NCBI GenBank assembly: GCA_965277805.1
Contig: OZ255842.1
Span: forward strand, 5,056,001-5,120,000
Direction: 5' to 3'
Source of the DNA: Candidatus Lustribacter sp.
GTDB lineage: Bacteria; Vulcanimicrobiota; Vulcanimicrobiia; Vulcanimicrobiales; Vulcanimicrobiaceae
DNA length: 64,000 nucleotides
The translations under genes were made by a program, and so were the position numbers. Shown here one piece after another: positions 49,857 to 60,431 of this stretch. Every line of letters begins with the position of its first letter. Position 1 is the first letter of the stretch. A model generated the notes under the pieces. It was not told the DNA's origin. It ran no database searches and saw only the letters and a list, made by a program, of their open reading frames with translations.

Positions 49857-49932
49857 TGGTGGAGGTGAGGAGACTCGAACTCCTGACCCCTTACATGCGA
49901 AGCAAGTGCTCTACCAGCTGAGCTACACCCCC
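49857..49932 (-). tRNA. tRNA-Ala(CGC) with encoded CCA
   Basis: GGGGGTGTAGCTCAGCTGGTAGAGCACTTGCTTCGCATGTAAGGGGTCAGGAGTTCGAGTCTCCTCACCTCCACCA; G3:U70 Ala determinant; anticodon CGC. Confidence 0.97.
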
Positions 49933-49946
49933 ACGGGCCGACGGCG

Positions 49947-49975
49947 ATTATACGGGTGTGGTTCGGCCCTGTCAA
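49947..49975 (-). promoter_or_regulatory. Consensus sigma70 promoter of tRNA-Ala
   Basis: Minus strand TTGACA-N17-TATAAT. Confidence 0.85.
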
Positions 49976-50051
49976 AGGCCGGGGTCGCACCCGGGCGCAG
50001 CCCCCTACATCCGGGGAGGGGCGACGGGGTACCTCCCGATACCAATGCTTC

Positions 50052-50825
50052 ATGAAGGCTGAAGCGGCGCTCGCGTCCACGGCGCAGGTCGCGGTCGACG
50101 TCCAAGGGGTCGTCGTCCGGTACAACCGCGTGCTTGCTTTGGACGGCGTCTCGCTGTGCGTGGAGCGCGGTACGGCCCTCGGGATCGTGGGGCCAAATGG
50201 TTCCGGGAAGTCGACCCTCCTTAAGACCGTGGCCGGGCTGATCCAGCCCGATGCCGGCACGGTGCGGGTGTTCGGCGATGCGCCGAAGATGCTGCGGCCC
50301 GGCGCGATCGGCTACGTGCCGCAGATCGAAGAGGTGGACTTCAGCTTTCCGGTCAGCGTGCGCGACGTGGTCTCGATGGGGCGTTACCCGCGGCTTGGAC
50401 CGTTTGCGTCGTTCCGCGCCGCCGATAAGCGTGCGGTCGACGATGCGATCGCCGCACTCGATCTCGGCGCGTTTGCCAATCGGCACATCGCCGAGCTTTC
50501 GGGTGGCCAGCAGCAACGCGTGTTCGTCGCGCGCGCGATCGCGCAAGCGCCGGACCTGTTGCTGCTCGACGAGCCGACGACCGGGGTGGACGCGGCAACG
50601 GAAGATGCGCTGCTGCACATCGTGCGCGACCTCGTGGCGGGCGGCATGCCGGTGCTGATGACCACGCACGATCTCGATCGCGCCGCCGACTGGTTCGACC
50701 GGCTCGTCGTCGTGGATCATCGCGTGCTCGCCGACGGTGATCCGCAAGCGGTACTGAATTCGGGCGCGTATGCGTCGATTCGCGAACATACGCACACGCA
50801 CGGCCACGTGCGGAGCGACTCGTGA
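50052..50825 (+). CDS. Metal (Zn/Mn) ABC transporter ATP-binding protein
   Basis: GPNGSGKST, GYVPQ, LSGGQQQRV, LLLDEP; His-rich C-terminus. Confidence 0.92.
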   Translation: MKAEAALASTAQVAVDVQGVVVRYNRVLALDGVSLCVERGTALGIVGPNGSGKSTLLKTVAGLIQPDAGTVRVFGDAPKMLRPGAIGYVPQIEEVDFSFPVSVRDVVSMGRYPRLGPFASFRAADKRAVDDAIAALDLGAFANRHIAELSGGQQQRVFVARAIAQAPDLLLLDEPTTGVDAATEDALLHIVRDLVAGGMPVLMTTHDLDRAADWFDRLVVVDHRVLADGDPQAVLNSGAYASIREHTHTHGHVRSDS

Positions 50826-51100
50826 GCGAGGAAGATACCAGCTGGGACGACCGTCTGCGTGCCGTGCTCACCAATGAATGGCAGAGTTCGGACCATCTTG
50901 CGGCGCGGCTTCACGCCAAGCCCTTCACCGTGCTCGCACGACTCAAAGACATGATGCGCCGCAACCTCGTCGAGCGGCGGCTGGTCAGCAAGTCGCAGCC
51001 GATTCCATCGGGTAAGGGACGCGTCGGTAAAGCCACGCAGGTCGCGCAGTTCCGCCGTATGCCGATCGGCCCGGCGACGTCCGACACAAGCGAAAAATAG
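50822..51100 (+). CDS. Small wHTH-like hypothetical protein
   Basis: GTGA overlap; basic helical protein. Confidence 0.6.
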   Translation: MSEEDTSWDDRLRAVLTNEWQSSDHLAARLHAKPFTVLARLKDMMRRNLVERRLVSKSQPIPSGKGRVGKATQVAQFRRMPIGPATSDTSEK

Positions 51101-51108
51101 TTCGCGGA

Positions 51109-52578
51109 ATGGATTCGCCTCTCGGGCTCGCGCGCGAGCTCTGGCGGAGCGGCGATCGTTTTGCCGCGCTCGGTGCGGCCCGCAAAGCCGTGGAGCTGGC
51201 GCCGCGCGATGCGCACGCCCAAGTGGTATTTGCGGTCATTCAACGGCAGATTGGCTACGTTGACGGAGCCGTTCTCGCGCTCGAAGCTGCGTGCGCGCTC
51301 GTGCCTGACGATGCGGAGATGTTACGCATGCTCTCCGACGTGTATCGGCGCGCGCGGCGCGTGCCCGAGGCGTTGCATGCGGCGGAACGCGCGCTCGAAC
51401 GCGACCCATCGCTCGCGAGTTCCGTATGCCTCGGCTATGCGCAGCTGGCGAACGGCGCGCTAGCCGAAGCGGAAGCGACGTTTCGCGCGATCCTCGCCGG
51501 CGCCGGCTCCGATGCGCGCGGATGGTTCGGCCTGGCGCGCGTTGCGGGCGCACGCGCCGATTGGCCTGCGGCGTTGGCTGCGCTCGAACGCGCCCGCGAA
51601 CGTGCGCCGAGCGACCCCGACGTGCGCTATGCGCTCGCGATCATGCACTTGCGCTTCGGCCGTTACGCCGAAGGGTTCGCTGCGTATCCCGCGATTATGG
51701 ATACCGACTCCGACGGCGCGCGGTACTTCTATCACTACCAAGGCGTGCCGCGCTGGAACGGCGAGGCGCTCAACGGGCGGCGTCTCGTCATCGCGGCGGA
51801 TCAGGGTCTCGGCGATCACATCATGATGTCACGCTTCTTCGCGGCCTTGCCGGCCGGCTCGCCGCCGCCCATCGTCGAGACTCCACCCGCGCTGGTCGCG
51901 CTTTTCCGGCAGAACTTCCCGGACGTGCGCTTCGCAGAGTTCACGCATTGGCAGCCGGCGGCAACGTGGGACGTACAGCTTCCGGTCACGCAGCTTCCGT
52001 GCGTGAACGGGATCGCGAGCGCGGCCGACATTCCGGGTGCCGCGTACTTACACGCCGACCCGCGTTTAGTCGACGCGTGGCGCGACCGGCTCGGCGCGGA
52101 CGGCCACGTGCGGCACATCGGCATCGTGTGGCACGGCAACGCGCAAAACACGCGCGATCGCTGGCGCGCCGCACCGCTGCGCTTCTGGGAGCCGCTGGCA
52201 GCCGTGCCCGGCGCGCGGTTCCATTCGCTGCAGCTCGATGCGGATGACGCGGACATCGCAACGGCGCCCTTTGCGCTCGCCCCGGCGCACCGGCTGCTGG
52301 GCGACATGAACGACACGGCCGCGGTGATGACCGCGCTCGATGCGGTGATCAGCGTCGATACGTCGACGCTGCACCTGGCCGGCGCGCTCGGACGGCCGGC
52401 CTGGTTACCAAATCCGCTGGTGAGCGATTACCGCTGGCGCATCGACGGCGCCGAAACGCCGTGGTACGACAGCGTCCGCATCATCCGTCAAACGGCGGCC
52501 GACGATTGGACGCCCGTGTTCCGTACGATCGCCGCTGAGTTGAGCGCGTTCACTTCGCGAGAATATCCGGGTCGATGA
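51109..52578 (+). CDS. TPR-repeat protein with GT9-like glycosyltransferase domain
   Basis: Ala-rich TPRs; DQGLGDHIMMSRF, IGIVWHGN, LDAVISVDTSTLHLAGALG, PWYDSVRI. Confidence 0.88.
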   Translation: MDSPLGLARELWRSGDRFAALGAARKAVELAPRDAHAQVVFAVIQRQIGYVDGAVLALEAACALVPDDAEMLRMLSDVYRRARRVPEALHAAERALERDPSLASSVCLGYAQLANGALAEAEATFRAILAGAGSDARGWFGLARVAGARADWPAALAALERARERAPSDPDVRYALAIMHLRFGRYAEGFAAYPAIMDTDSDGARYFYHYQGVPRWNGEALNGRRLVIAADQGLGDHIMMSRFFAALPAGSPPPIVETPPALVALFRQNFPDVRFAEFTHWQPAATWDVQLPVTQLPCVNGIASAADIPGAAYLHADPRLVDAWRDRLGADGHVRHIGIVWHGNAQNTRDRWRAAPLRFWEPLAAVPGARFHSLQLDADDADIATAPFALAPAHRLLGDMNDTAAVMTALDAVISVDTSTLHLAGALGRPAWLPNPLVSDYRWRIDGAETPWYDSVRIIRQTAADDWTPVFRTIAAELSAFTSREYPGR

Positions 52579-53527
52579 TCTCGGTCGCCGGGAACGCGCG
52601 GGCGATGAAGTTGTACTTCGCCATGGTGTTGATCAGCGGTTGAATTCCAGCCACGTAGACCGAGGTGCCGTTGGTGACGCGCGGCATCCGGTCGATCGTC
52701 GCTTGCGGGATGCCCGAGTAGGCGGCGAGCATCGGCGCCGTTTCTTTCGGATGGGCGTTGGTGTACTTCGCGGCGGCCGCAACCACGCGCGCGAACGTCT
52801 TCACCACGTCGGGATGCTTCAAGGCATAGTCTTTCGTCGTGAACCAGACCGAGAAGATGAACTCTTTGCCGAACGTGTTGTACGCCGGGATGAGGCGCAC
52901 GTTGCCGGTGTCGAGCGCAGCTTGCGCGGGCGGAAAGGATGCTTCGCCGGCCACGACGCGGTTGGCCTCGACGGCCGCGTATGATGCGGACATCGGCAGC
53001 TCGACGAACTGCAGCTTCGCGGATTTCCAATCGCCGCCCGCTTCGTCGATCTCTTTGTACACCGCGAGTTGTCCGAGATCGTGGATGAAGCTCACCGCGG
53101 TCGCGCCGCCGACGCCGAGATCCTTGACCGATTTGATCGGCGAGTTGACCGGCACGAGAAAACCGACGTAGGGTTTGCTGCTCTGGTACATCGCGCCGGT
53201 TGCGATGATCCAGAACGGTACGTTGTGCAGATACGCATCGAAGATCGGCGTGATGCTCGACTTCCCGATGTCGTACGAACCCGACGTGACGGCGGTTGCG
53301 ATCGCGGAGCCGTTCGGTGAAGATTTGTCGAGCTGCACGTCGAGCCCGGCATCTTTGAACATCCCGGTTTGCTGCGCATACAGCACCGACATCATATCGT
53401 CATTCGGCAACACGCCGACCCGGACGACTTGCAGATCGGCCGTTCTCGCAGGCCCGGCAAAGAGCACGAGCGCGAACACGAACGGAACGAGGCGGGCGAG
53501 GGCGCGAAGGGACAAGGTCATCGTCAA
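52550..53527 (-). CDS. ABC substrate-binding protein (SsuA/THI5-like)
   Basis: Signal peptide; similar to the SBPs at 11936 and 17508. Confidence 0.8.
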   Translation of the reverse strand: MTMTLSLRALARLVPFVFALVLFAGPARTADLQVVRVGVLPNDDMMSVLYAQQTGMFKDAGLDVQLDKSSPNGSAIATAVTSGSYDIGKSSITPIFDAYLHNVPFWIIATGAMYQSSKPYVGFLVPVNSPIKSVKDLGVGGATAVSFIHDLGQLAVYKEIDEAGGDWKSAKLQFVELPMSASYAAVEANRVVAGEASFPPAQAALDTGNVRLIPAYNTFGKEFIFSVWFTTKDYALKHPDVVKTFARVVAAAAKYTNAHPKETAPMLAAYSGIPQATIDRMPRVTNGTSVYVAGIQPLINTMAKYNFIARAFPATEIIDPDILAK

Positions 53528-53545
53528 ACTCCTCGGGTGATTCAG

Positions 53546-54988
53546 CTAGATGGCCGGATCGTCGTCTGCGGCGTGCAGGACGCGGTAGCGTCCGTCGGCG
53601 CGCGGGGCGAGAAAGCCCCATTCGGCCAGGGCAAAGAAGACTTCGCTCGTGAGCGAGCGCTCGTGTTTGTTCGGCATCCCTGCCCAGCGCATTGCCGCCT
53701 CACCGACATCGATCACGTTGTCGACGATCAAGAGCGAGCGCACGAAGTCGGTGGTGAGCTTCGCGCGTTCCATGCGCCGCGAGAGCGACTCGAGCGCCGC
53801 ATCGAACGACGACCCCGTCATCGGCGGTTCCACGTCGTGATGGGCGGTGGGCTCGGATGCCGCAAACGCTTCATCGTCATCTTGTTCGTCGAGCACCGGC
53901 GCTGGCGGCGGAGCAGCCTCTTCGAAATCCGCTTCGGGCGGTTCGTACTGCCAACGCGTGGGCGGCAGCGGAGCGCGTTCGGCTTCGTCGGGCAAGAACT
54001 CGACGGCTGCCGGTGTGGGCGGCACAACGAAGCGCTGCTGCGGTTCGATTGCCGGCGCGGGCGCGGGGGGCGGCGGTGCGGGTGCCGCGGCGACGGGCAG
54101 CGGAATGATCTCCGGTTCCGGTTCGATTTCCGGCAGCAACGGCAACGGTCGCGCGCTCGGCAACGCGATCCTCTCACCGCGGCCGTTGTTGTCGCGCTGC
54201 ATCTCGATCTTCGCGATCGACGGTCCCGCGCCGACGAGTTGCGGATTGCGTTCCAGCACAACTTCGGCGATTTGCGGAAACACTTCCGCCAGCGCGACGG
54301 CGGCGGTTTGCAGCGGCGTGACGTTGAGCACGCGCGGGCGCGTCATGATTGCGAGCAAGATCTTGCGCGCGACGAGTTCGGGCGACACCATCGTGTCGCG
54401 CCGCGCACCGGGCATGCCGGCCCGCGTCATGAAGCCGGTATCCACCGCACCCGGATCGACGTACGTCACCGCGATGTCGAGCGCGACGAGTTCGCGGCGC
54501 AAGATCGACGTGGCGCTGCGCAACGCTGCCTTCGACGGCGGATACGCGCCCATGCCCGCCACCGGAACGCGTGCGACGCCGCTGCCGACCATGAATACGT
54601 GGCCGCGTGAGGCGCGCAATGTGGGCATTGCCTCGCGCGTCAACGCGAGCGGTCCGAGCACGTGCGTTCCGAACTGCGCGAGCAGCGCGGCATCGCTTTG
54701 CATCGCGATCGGACCGCTGGCTGCTGCGCCGGCGTTGTTCACCAGCACGTCGATGTGACCGTAGGCGCCGACCGCGCGGCCGATCAAGCCGGGCGCGTTG
54801 GCGGGATCGCTGATGTCGGTGACGTCGGTGGCGATCGTTCCGCCCTCTTCGCCGATCTGGCCCGCCAGCGCCGCAAGCGCCCGGAGGTTGCGGCCTACGG
54901 CGTAGACGGCGTAGCCGGCGCGTGCCGCCTGTACCGCGAGTGCACGGCCGATACCCGAGGATGCGCCGGTGATCAGGATCGTCTTCAA
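53546..54988 (-). CDS. SDR oxidoreductase with Pro-rich linker and extra C-terminal domain
   Basis: TGASSGIG, NNAG, YPPSK; about 130 aa P/E-rich linker; wHTH-like end. Confidence 0.85.
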   Translation of the reverse strand: MKTILITGASSGIGRALAVQAARAGYAVYAVGRNLRALAALAGQIGEEGGTIATDVTDISDPANAPGLIGRAVGAYGHIDVLVNNAGAAASGPIAMQSDAALLAQFGTHVLGPLALTREAMPTLRASRGHVFMVGSGVARVPVAGMGAYPPSKAALRSATSILRRELVALDIAVTYVDPGAVDTGFMTRAGMPGARRDTMVSPELVARKILLAIMTRPRVLNVTPLQTAAVALAEVFPQIAEVVLERNPQLVGAGPSIAKIEMQRDNNGRGERIALPSARPLPLLPEIEPEPEIIPLPVAAAPAPPPPAPAPAIEPQQRFVVPPTPAAVEFLPDEAERAPLPPTRWQYEPPEADFEEAAPPPAPVLDEQDDDEAFAASEPTAHHDVEPPMTGSSFDAALESLSRRMERAKLTTDFVRSLLIVDNVIDVGEAAMRWAGMPNKHERSLTSEVFFALAEWGFLAPRADGRYRVLHAADDDPAI

Positions 54989-56151
54989 AGATGGAACTCC
55001 AGAAATCGCGCGTAGGCGTCGTAGGTCGTGTTGGGGAGCCCGGCATAGTATGCCGGCTCGAAGATGGTGGGATCGTGGGGTTCGACGACGCTGCGCGCTT
55101 CCCGCGCGAAAACCGAAAGGGCCGTGGCGACGGGCTTCGTCGTGCCGTCGGACCGGACGATGCCGAAGGTCAGTTCGTGCGGCGCACGGTCGAACGGCGG
55201 CGTGGAGCGGAGGTCATCGTGGTAGTCGGCCCAGCACCACCAGTAGGCGCCTAAGCGGCCCTGCGCGTGCAGCCGTTCGAGCACCGCTCGCGCGTACGTC
55301 GCCATTTCGGTCTCATCCAAGCAAGCGAATTCCGAGCCGGCGATCTGCCCTTCGGGCGGGCACGTGGGGTTGCCGAACTCGCTGAAGAGCACGGGCTTGC
55401 CCGAAAGCGATGCGGTGAGTGCCGCCAGGAACGGCACGACGTCGGGGTCGGTGCGGCTGCGCGCGAATTCGCTATAGACCGAGTAGCCGTGCATCGTCGC
55501 GAACGCCCACGGTTCGGCGATCGTCGACGGCCGGATGTTGCGGTTGAACGTGAGGTCCTCGCCGTGGATGCCGCCGGTCACCGGATGCCCCGAGGTCGAC
55601 AGCAGATCGTCGGTGAGCCGTTTGCTCCACTCGCGCGCCAGCGTCGCCGACGCAGGCTCGCGGACGTTGCTGAACTCGTTGCCCAGATCCCACGCCAGCA
55701 CCGACGGATGCCCGCGCAGGGCGGCGCCGGCTTCGCGCACGTGCAGGCGCTGCGCCTGGAGCAGGTAGCCTGAATAGAGGTCGCCGCAGCCGTAGGGCGA
55801 CTCGCCGGTCTCGGTGATGGTGCGGAAGCGGCCGCTCGGGCGCGACGCGTCGAGCGTCCACGAAGGCAGCCAGTTCACGCCGCTCATGTGGCCGCAGAAG
55901 AGCGTCGGCATCGCGCGCAAGCCGGCGGCGGCGATCAGTTCCATCACGCGCTCGAGGCGCGCGAGCATCGTGCGATCCATCCGGTGCTGCTCGGGCTGGA
56001 AATCGGCCCAGCGCAGGAAGAAGCGCACCGCATCGAAGCCCAGCGTCGCGAGGCGCGCCATGTCGTCGGCGATTTCCCCCGGATCGAAGCGCTGCCACAT
56101 GTGCATCGCGCTCTTGCGCGGCCAGTAGTTGATCCCGAGGGAAAATCGCAT
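54985..56151 (-). CDS. Clan GH-A glycoside hydrolase (GH5-like)
   Basis: [26 protein letters not shown] acid/base and FSEFG nucleophile. Confidence 0.82.
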   Translation of the reverse strand: MRFSLGINYWPRKSAMHMWQRFDPGEIADDMARLATLGFDAVRFFLRWADFQPEQHRMDRTMLARLERVMELIAAAGLRAMPTLFCGHMSGVNWLPSWTLDASRPSGRFRTITETGESPYGCGDLYSGYLLQAQRLHVREAGAALRGHPSVLAWDLGNEFSNVREPASATLAREWSKRLTDDLLSTSGHPVTGGIHGEDLTFNRNIRPSTIAEPWAFATMHGYSVYSEFARSRTDPDVVPFLAALTASLSGKPVLFSEFGNPTCPPEGQIAGSEFACLDETEMATYARAVLERLHAQGRLGAYWWCWADYHDDLRSTPPFDRAPHELTFGIVRSDGTTKPVATALSVFAREARSVVEPHDPTIFEPAYYAGLPNTTYDAYARFLEFHL

Positions 56152-56209
56152 CCAGCGCGCGCGTTTCGCAGTCGAGGGTGAGACTTCCGGTGAGCCGAAG
56201 GCGAGCGTG

Positions 56210-56682
<473 letters not shown>

Positions 56683-56686
<4 letters not shown>

Positions 56687-57828
56687 TCCGCACGATCGGC
56701 ATTCTTGGGGGCGGACAGCTCGGCCGGATGCTTACGCTGGAAGCGAAGCGCATGGGCTATCGCGTCGTCACGCTCGAACCGTTTCCCGATTCGCCGACCG
56801 GACAGATCGCCGACGAACAGCTCGTGGCGGCGTACGACGACCTGCGCGCGATCGGCGAACTCGGCGCGCGCAGCGACATCGTCACCTACGAGTTCGAGAA
56901 CATCCCGCTCGAATCGGTGCTGGCGCTCGAGGCCGACCGGCGGCTGGTCGACCCGAACGCCGCGGTACTGCGCATCACGCAAGAACGCATTCTCGAGAAG
57001 ACGTTCGTGCGCGAGTGCGGGATCCCGACGGCGGAGTTCGCCCCGGTGCGCGACCGCGCGGAGTTCGATGGGGCGCTGGCAACGATCGGGTTTCCGGGCG
57101 TGTTGAAGACGGCGATGGGCGGCTACGACGGCAAAGGCCAGTGGGTCGTGCGCGATCGCGCTGCCGCCGAAGCAGCGTTTGCGGAAGCCGCGGGGGCGGC
57201 GCTGATCTGGGAGCAGCTCATCGCGTTCGACCGCGAGCTCTCGATCATCGCCACGCGCGATGAAGGCGGCGACGTCGTATCCTTCCCCGTCTCGGAAAAC
57301 GTGCACGATCACGGCGTGCTCGCGATGACGATCGTGCCGGGCCGCGTGCCGCCCGAGATCGCCGAACGCGCGCACGGCTATGCGAAGACGATCGCAACGC
57401 AACTGCGCATCGTCGGCACGTTTTGCGTGGAATTCTTTCAGGCGGGTGATACGCTGCTGGTGAACGAGATCGCGCCGCGCGTGCACAACAGCGGCCACTA
57501 CTCGCTCGACGCGACGCAGATCTCGCAGTACGAACTGCACGTGCGCGCGATCTGCGGGCTGCCGCTCGTCACGCCGAAGCTGTTCGCGCCGGCCGTGATG
57601 GTGAACATCCTCGGCACGGGCGAAGGCAATCAGCTCGAAGGCGTGCGCGAGATTCTGCGCGATCCCGGCCTCAAGCTGCACGTGTACGGCAAAGCGAATG
57701 CTGCTTTGCGGCGGAAGATGGCGCACTTCACCGTGCTCGGCGAATCGATCGACGACGCGATCGCGCGCGCCGATCGCGCCCGCGCCGCATTGCACTGGGC
57801 CGACGACCGCGTCACGAGCCGGACCTGA
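56683..57828 (+). CDS. purK: N5-CAIR synthetase PurK
   Basis: [41 protein letters not shown]. Confidence 0.96.
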
Positions 57829-57831
57829 GGC

Positions 57832-58626
57832 GTGGACCGCGATCGCGCCGCGGCCTACTGGGAAGCCAATGCCGCGACCTGGACGGAACTCTCGCGCGCC
57901 GGCTACGACGTCTATCGCGACCATAACAATACGCCGGGCTTTCTTGCAATGTTGCCGTCCATCGAAGGCCTAGCGGGACTGGATATCGGCTGCGGTGAGG
58001 GAACCAACACGCGCGCGGTCGCGCGGCTCGGAGCGCGCATGCACGCAATCGACGTCGCGCCGACGTTTGTGGCGCACGCCCGGGCGAGCGAAGAGCTCGA
58101 ACCGTTGGGGATCACCTACGCGATCGCCGACGCGCAGGCGCTGCCGTTCCCGGATGGCCGGTTCGATTTCGCCACCGCGTTCATGTCGCTGATGGACGTT
58201 CCCGATACGCGCGCGGCACTCACCGAAGCGTACCGCGTCTTGCGCGGCGGCGGGTTTCTCCAGTTCTCCATCATGCATCCGTGCTTCGCACCGCCGTACC
58301 GGCGTGTCGTTCGCGACGCCGGCGGAACGGCGCGCGCGATCGAAGTCGGGCGCTACTACGAGCATGCCGACGGTGAAGTGGAGCACTGGACGTTTTCAGC
58401 TGCGCCCGCAGCCGTGCAGTCGCGCGTGACGCCGTTTGCGACGCCGGTTTTCCATCGCACGCTCTCCGAGTGGCTCAACGCGGTGATTGAAACCGGCTTT
58501 ATCGTGGAACGTATCGGAGAGCCCTCGGTTGATGAGGCGACCGCATTGCGCGTGCCGGCAGTGGCCGATACGCGAATAGCGCCGCTCTTTCTTCACGTCC
58601 GCGGGCGTAAGGGTGTGCCGCCGTGA
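57832..58626 (+). CDS. Class I SAM-dependent methyltransferase
   Basis: LDIGCGEG, LPFPDGRFD, FSIMHPCF. Confidence 0.9.
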   Translation: MDRDRAAAYWEANAATWTELSRAGYDVYRDHNNTPGFLAMLPSIEGLAGLDIGCGEGTNTRAVARLGARMHAIDVAPTFVAHARASEELEPLGITYAIADAQALPFPDGRFDFATAFMSLMDVPDTRAALTEAYRVLRGGGFLQFSIMHPCFAPPYRRVVRDAGGTARAIEVGRYYEHADGEVEHWTFSAAPAAVQSRVTPFATPVFHRTLSEWLNAVIETGFIVERIGEPSVDEATALRVPAVADTRIAPLFLHVRGRKGVPP

Positions 58627-58964
58627 TCAGCGCGTTCGTCAAAGCCGTTGCCGCCATCATCATCGCCTATTTGATCGCGGTGAGTTCGGTCGCGGATTTT
58701 CTCGCGCATCAGTGCGGCAGCTTTTGGTTCAACGACACCTTTCTGCTGAGCGCGAGCACCGCGTCACTCGCGTTCTTCGGGATCTTCGGCGTCGTGGTGT
58801 TTCTGATTTGCATGATCCGGCCGGTCGGCGCAACGGCCCACTGGATGTTCTGGATCGCCTTTGCGGTTGCCGTGCTGATCGGCAACAGCCTGTACGCGAA
58901 TGCGGCGCCGGTAACCGCGATCAGCGCGACCGGCGATCCGGTACGGTGCGCCCTGCGCCGGTAG
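58623..58964 (+). CDS. Small membrane protein
   Basis: 3 TM segments; GTGA overlap. Confidence 0.6.
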   Translation: MISAFVKAVAAIIIAYLIAVSSVADFLAHQCGSFWFNDTFLLSASTASLAFFGIFGVVVFLICMIRPVGATAHWMFWIAFAVAVLIGNSLYANAAPVTAISATGDPVRCALRR

Positions 58965-58980
58965 CTCGAGGGAGGTTGCT

Positions 58981-59286
58981 GTGGCTCGATCGATCTTGTA
59001 CGTCGTGCACGTGAGAAATCAGAACCCGGGGCAATACTTGGCGCACATCGACGGGCACCGCGCGTGGATCAACAAACATGCCGAGGACGCGTTCGTGCTC
59101 TGCGGGCCGTTCGAGGATCGCTCCGCCGGCGGCATGATCATCGCGCAAGCCGAATCGCGCGAAGCCCTCGACCGCATCCTCGCCGAAGACCCGCTCGTCC
59201 ACTGCGGAGCGGCGATTCACGACGTCGCGGTCCTCGAAGTCGCCCGCGGTTACCTCGCCGGCTCGCTGCGGATGGTGAGTTCGTAG
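58981..59286 (+). CDS. YciI-like protein
   Basis: H.AWI...CGPF...GGMII...DPL; GGAGG SD. Confidence 0.8.
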   Translation: MARSILYVVHVRNQNPGQYLAHIDGHRAWINKHAEDAFVLCGPFEDRSAGGMIIAQAESREALDRILAEDPLVHCGAAIHDVAVLEVARGYLAGSLRMVSS

Positions 59287-60425
59287 GTTTGGATGCCGGC
59301 GTGGGGCGGGTCGTCGGTGTAGGCCATCGGGCGGTCCCACCAGTCGTGGCGGCGCGCCGCTAGGCGTTCGGGTGTTGGTGCGGGCGGGGTGCGCAGGTCG
59401 AGCGCGGTGCGGTAGGCGGCGAGGTAGCGATCGACCATGCGTTCCGTCGAGAACGTCGTCACGACGCGTTCGCGGCACGCGCTGCGCGAGAGCGACGCGA
59501 GTTGCGGCACGCGTGAAACGGCGTCGCCGGCCGTTGCGCACGTGAAGCCGGTGACGCCGTCGACCACGATCTCGGGAACGGAGCCCATGTCGGCGCCGAG
59601 TACCGGCGTGCCGCAGGCCATCGCTTCGATCAGCGTGAGGCCGAAGCGTTCGGGGCGCGTCGTCATGTGCACGAGGGCGAGCGCACCGCCCAGCAATTCG
59701 TCGCGCGCCGTCCCTTGCACGTGGCCGAGAAACTGCACCGCATCGCCATCGATGTGCGGTTCGATCTTCTCGCGAAAGTACGGCTCGTCGTGCGGGATGC
59801 CGGCCATCTTGAGGCGCACGCCCGCGCGCTTTGCGATCTCGATCGCCAGATGCGCACCCTTCTCCGGATGAAAGCGCGCAAAGAAGAGCAGATAGTCGCC
59901 GGCGCGTTCGCGGAACGTAAACGCATCGGGGTCGATGCCGTTGTAGGTGGTCGCTAGATAGTCGAGGCCGGGATCGCGGTCGGCGTCGCTGATCGAGCAG
60001 TAGAAGCTGCGCGTTGCGCCGGCATAGTACGCGGCGAGGATCGGTGGTGCAGAGAAACCGTGAATCGTCGTGATCATCGGCGGCGCCGTCGTCGCGAGCG
60101 CGTACGTCAGCGGCTTCCAATCGAAGTTGTTGTGGATGAGGTCGAACTCGGCCGCGCGTTCGAACAGCCGGCCGGTGTGCAGCGCGCCGTAGACGTCGCC
60201 GTTGAGCGTGGGATCTTCGCTCGTTCCGACCGGCACCACCGATGCAAGGCGGCCGGCGAACTGCGAGTCACCGGCCGCAAAGAGCGTTACGTCCAAACCG
60301 CGGCGGCGCATGCCGTCGGCGATGTTGTAGGCAACCTGTTCCCACGGACCATAGCCGGGCGGCGGCGCCGGCCACGAGATCGGCGCCAGCAGCGCGACGC
60401 GAACGCCGCGCAGCGATGAATCCAA
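59250..60425 (-). CDS. GT4 glycosyltransferase
   Basis: PPPGYGPWE, YNGID, PEKG, ERFGLTLIEAMACGTPV. Confidence 0.9.
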   Translation of the reverse strand: MDSSLRGVRVALLAPISWPAPPPGYGPWEQVAYNIADGMRRRGLDVTLFAAGDSQFAGRLASVVPVGTSEDPTLNGDVYGALHTGRLFERAAEFDLIHNNFDWKPLTYALATTAPPMITTIHGFSAPPILAAYYAGATRSFYCSISDADRDPGLDYLATTYNGIDPDAFTFRERAGDYLLFFARFHPEKGAHLAIEIAKRAGVRLKMAGIPHDEPYFREKIEPHIDGDAVQFLGHVQGTARDELLGGALALVHMTTRPERFGLTLIEAMACGTPVLGADMGSVPEIVVDGVTGFTCATAGDAVSRVPQLASLSRSACRERVVTTFSTERMVDRYLAAYRTALDLRTPPAPTPERLAARRHDWWDRPMAYTDDPPHAGIQTYELTIRSEPAR

Positions 60426-60431
60426 GCGCTG

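Larger units (their letters stand above)
30365..49905. mobile_element. tRNA-Ala(CGC)-integrated genomic (defence) island, ~19.5 kb, integrase decayed
   Basis: att direct repeats, integrase remnant next to the tRNA, excisionase-like gene at the other end, visibly lower GC, defence-type cargo. Confidence 0.9.

Noticed and set aside
49576-50055. 159-aa ORF as an intact gene
   Set aside because: It is the integrase tail reading through the antisense of tRNA-Ala, with no valid start.
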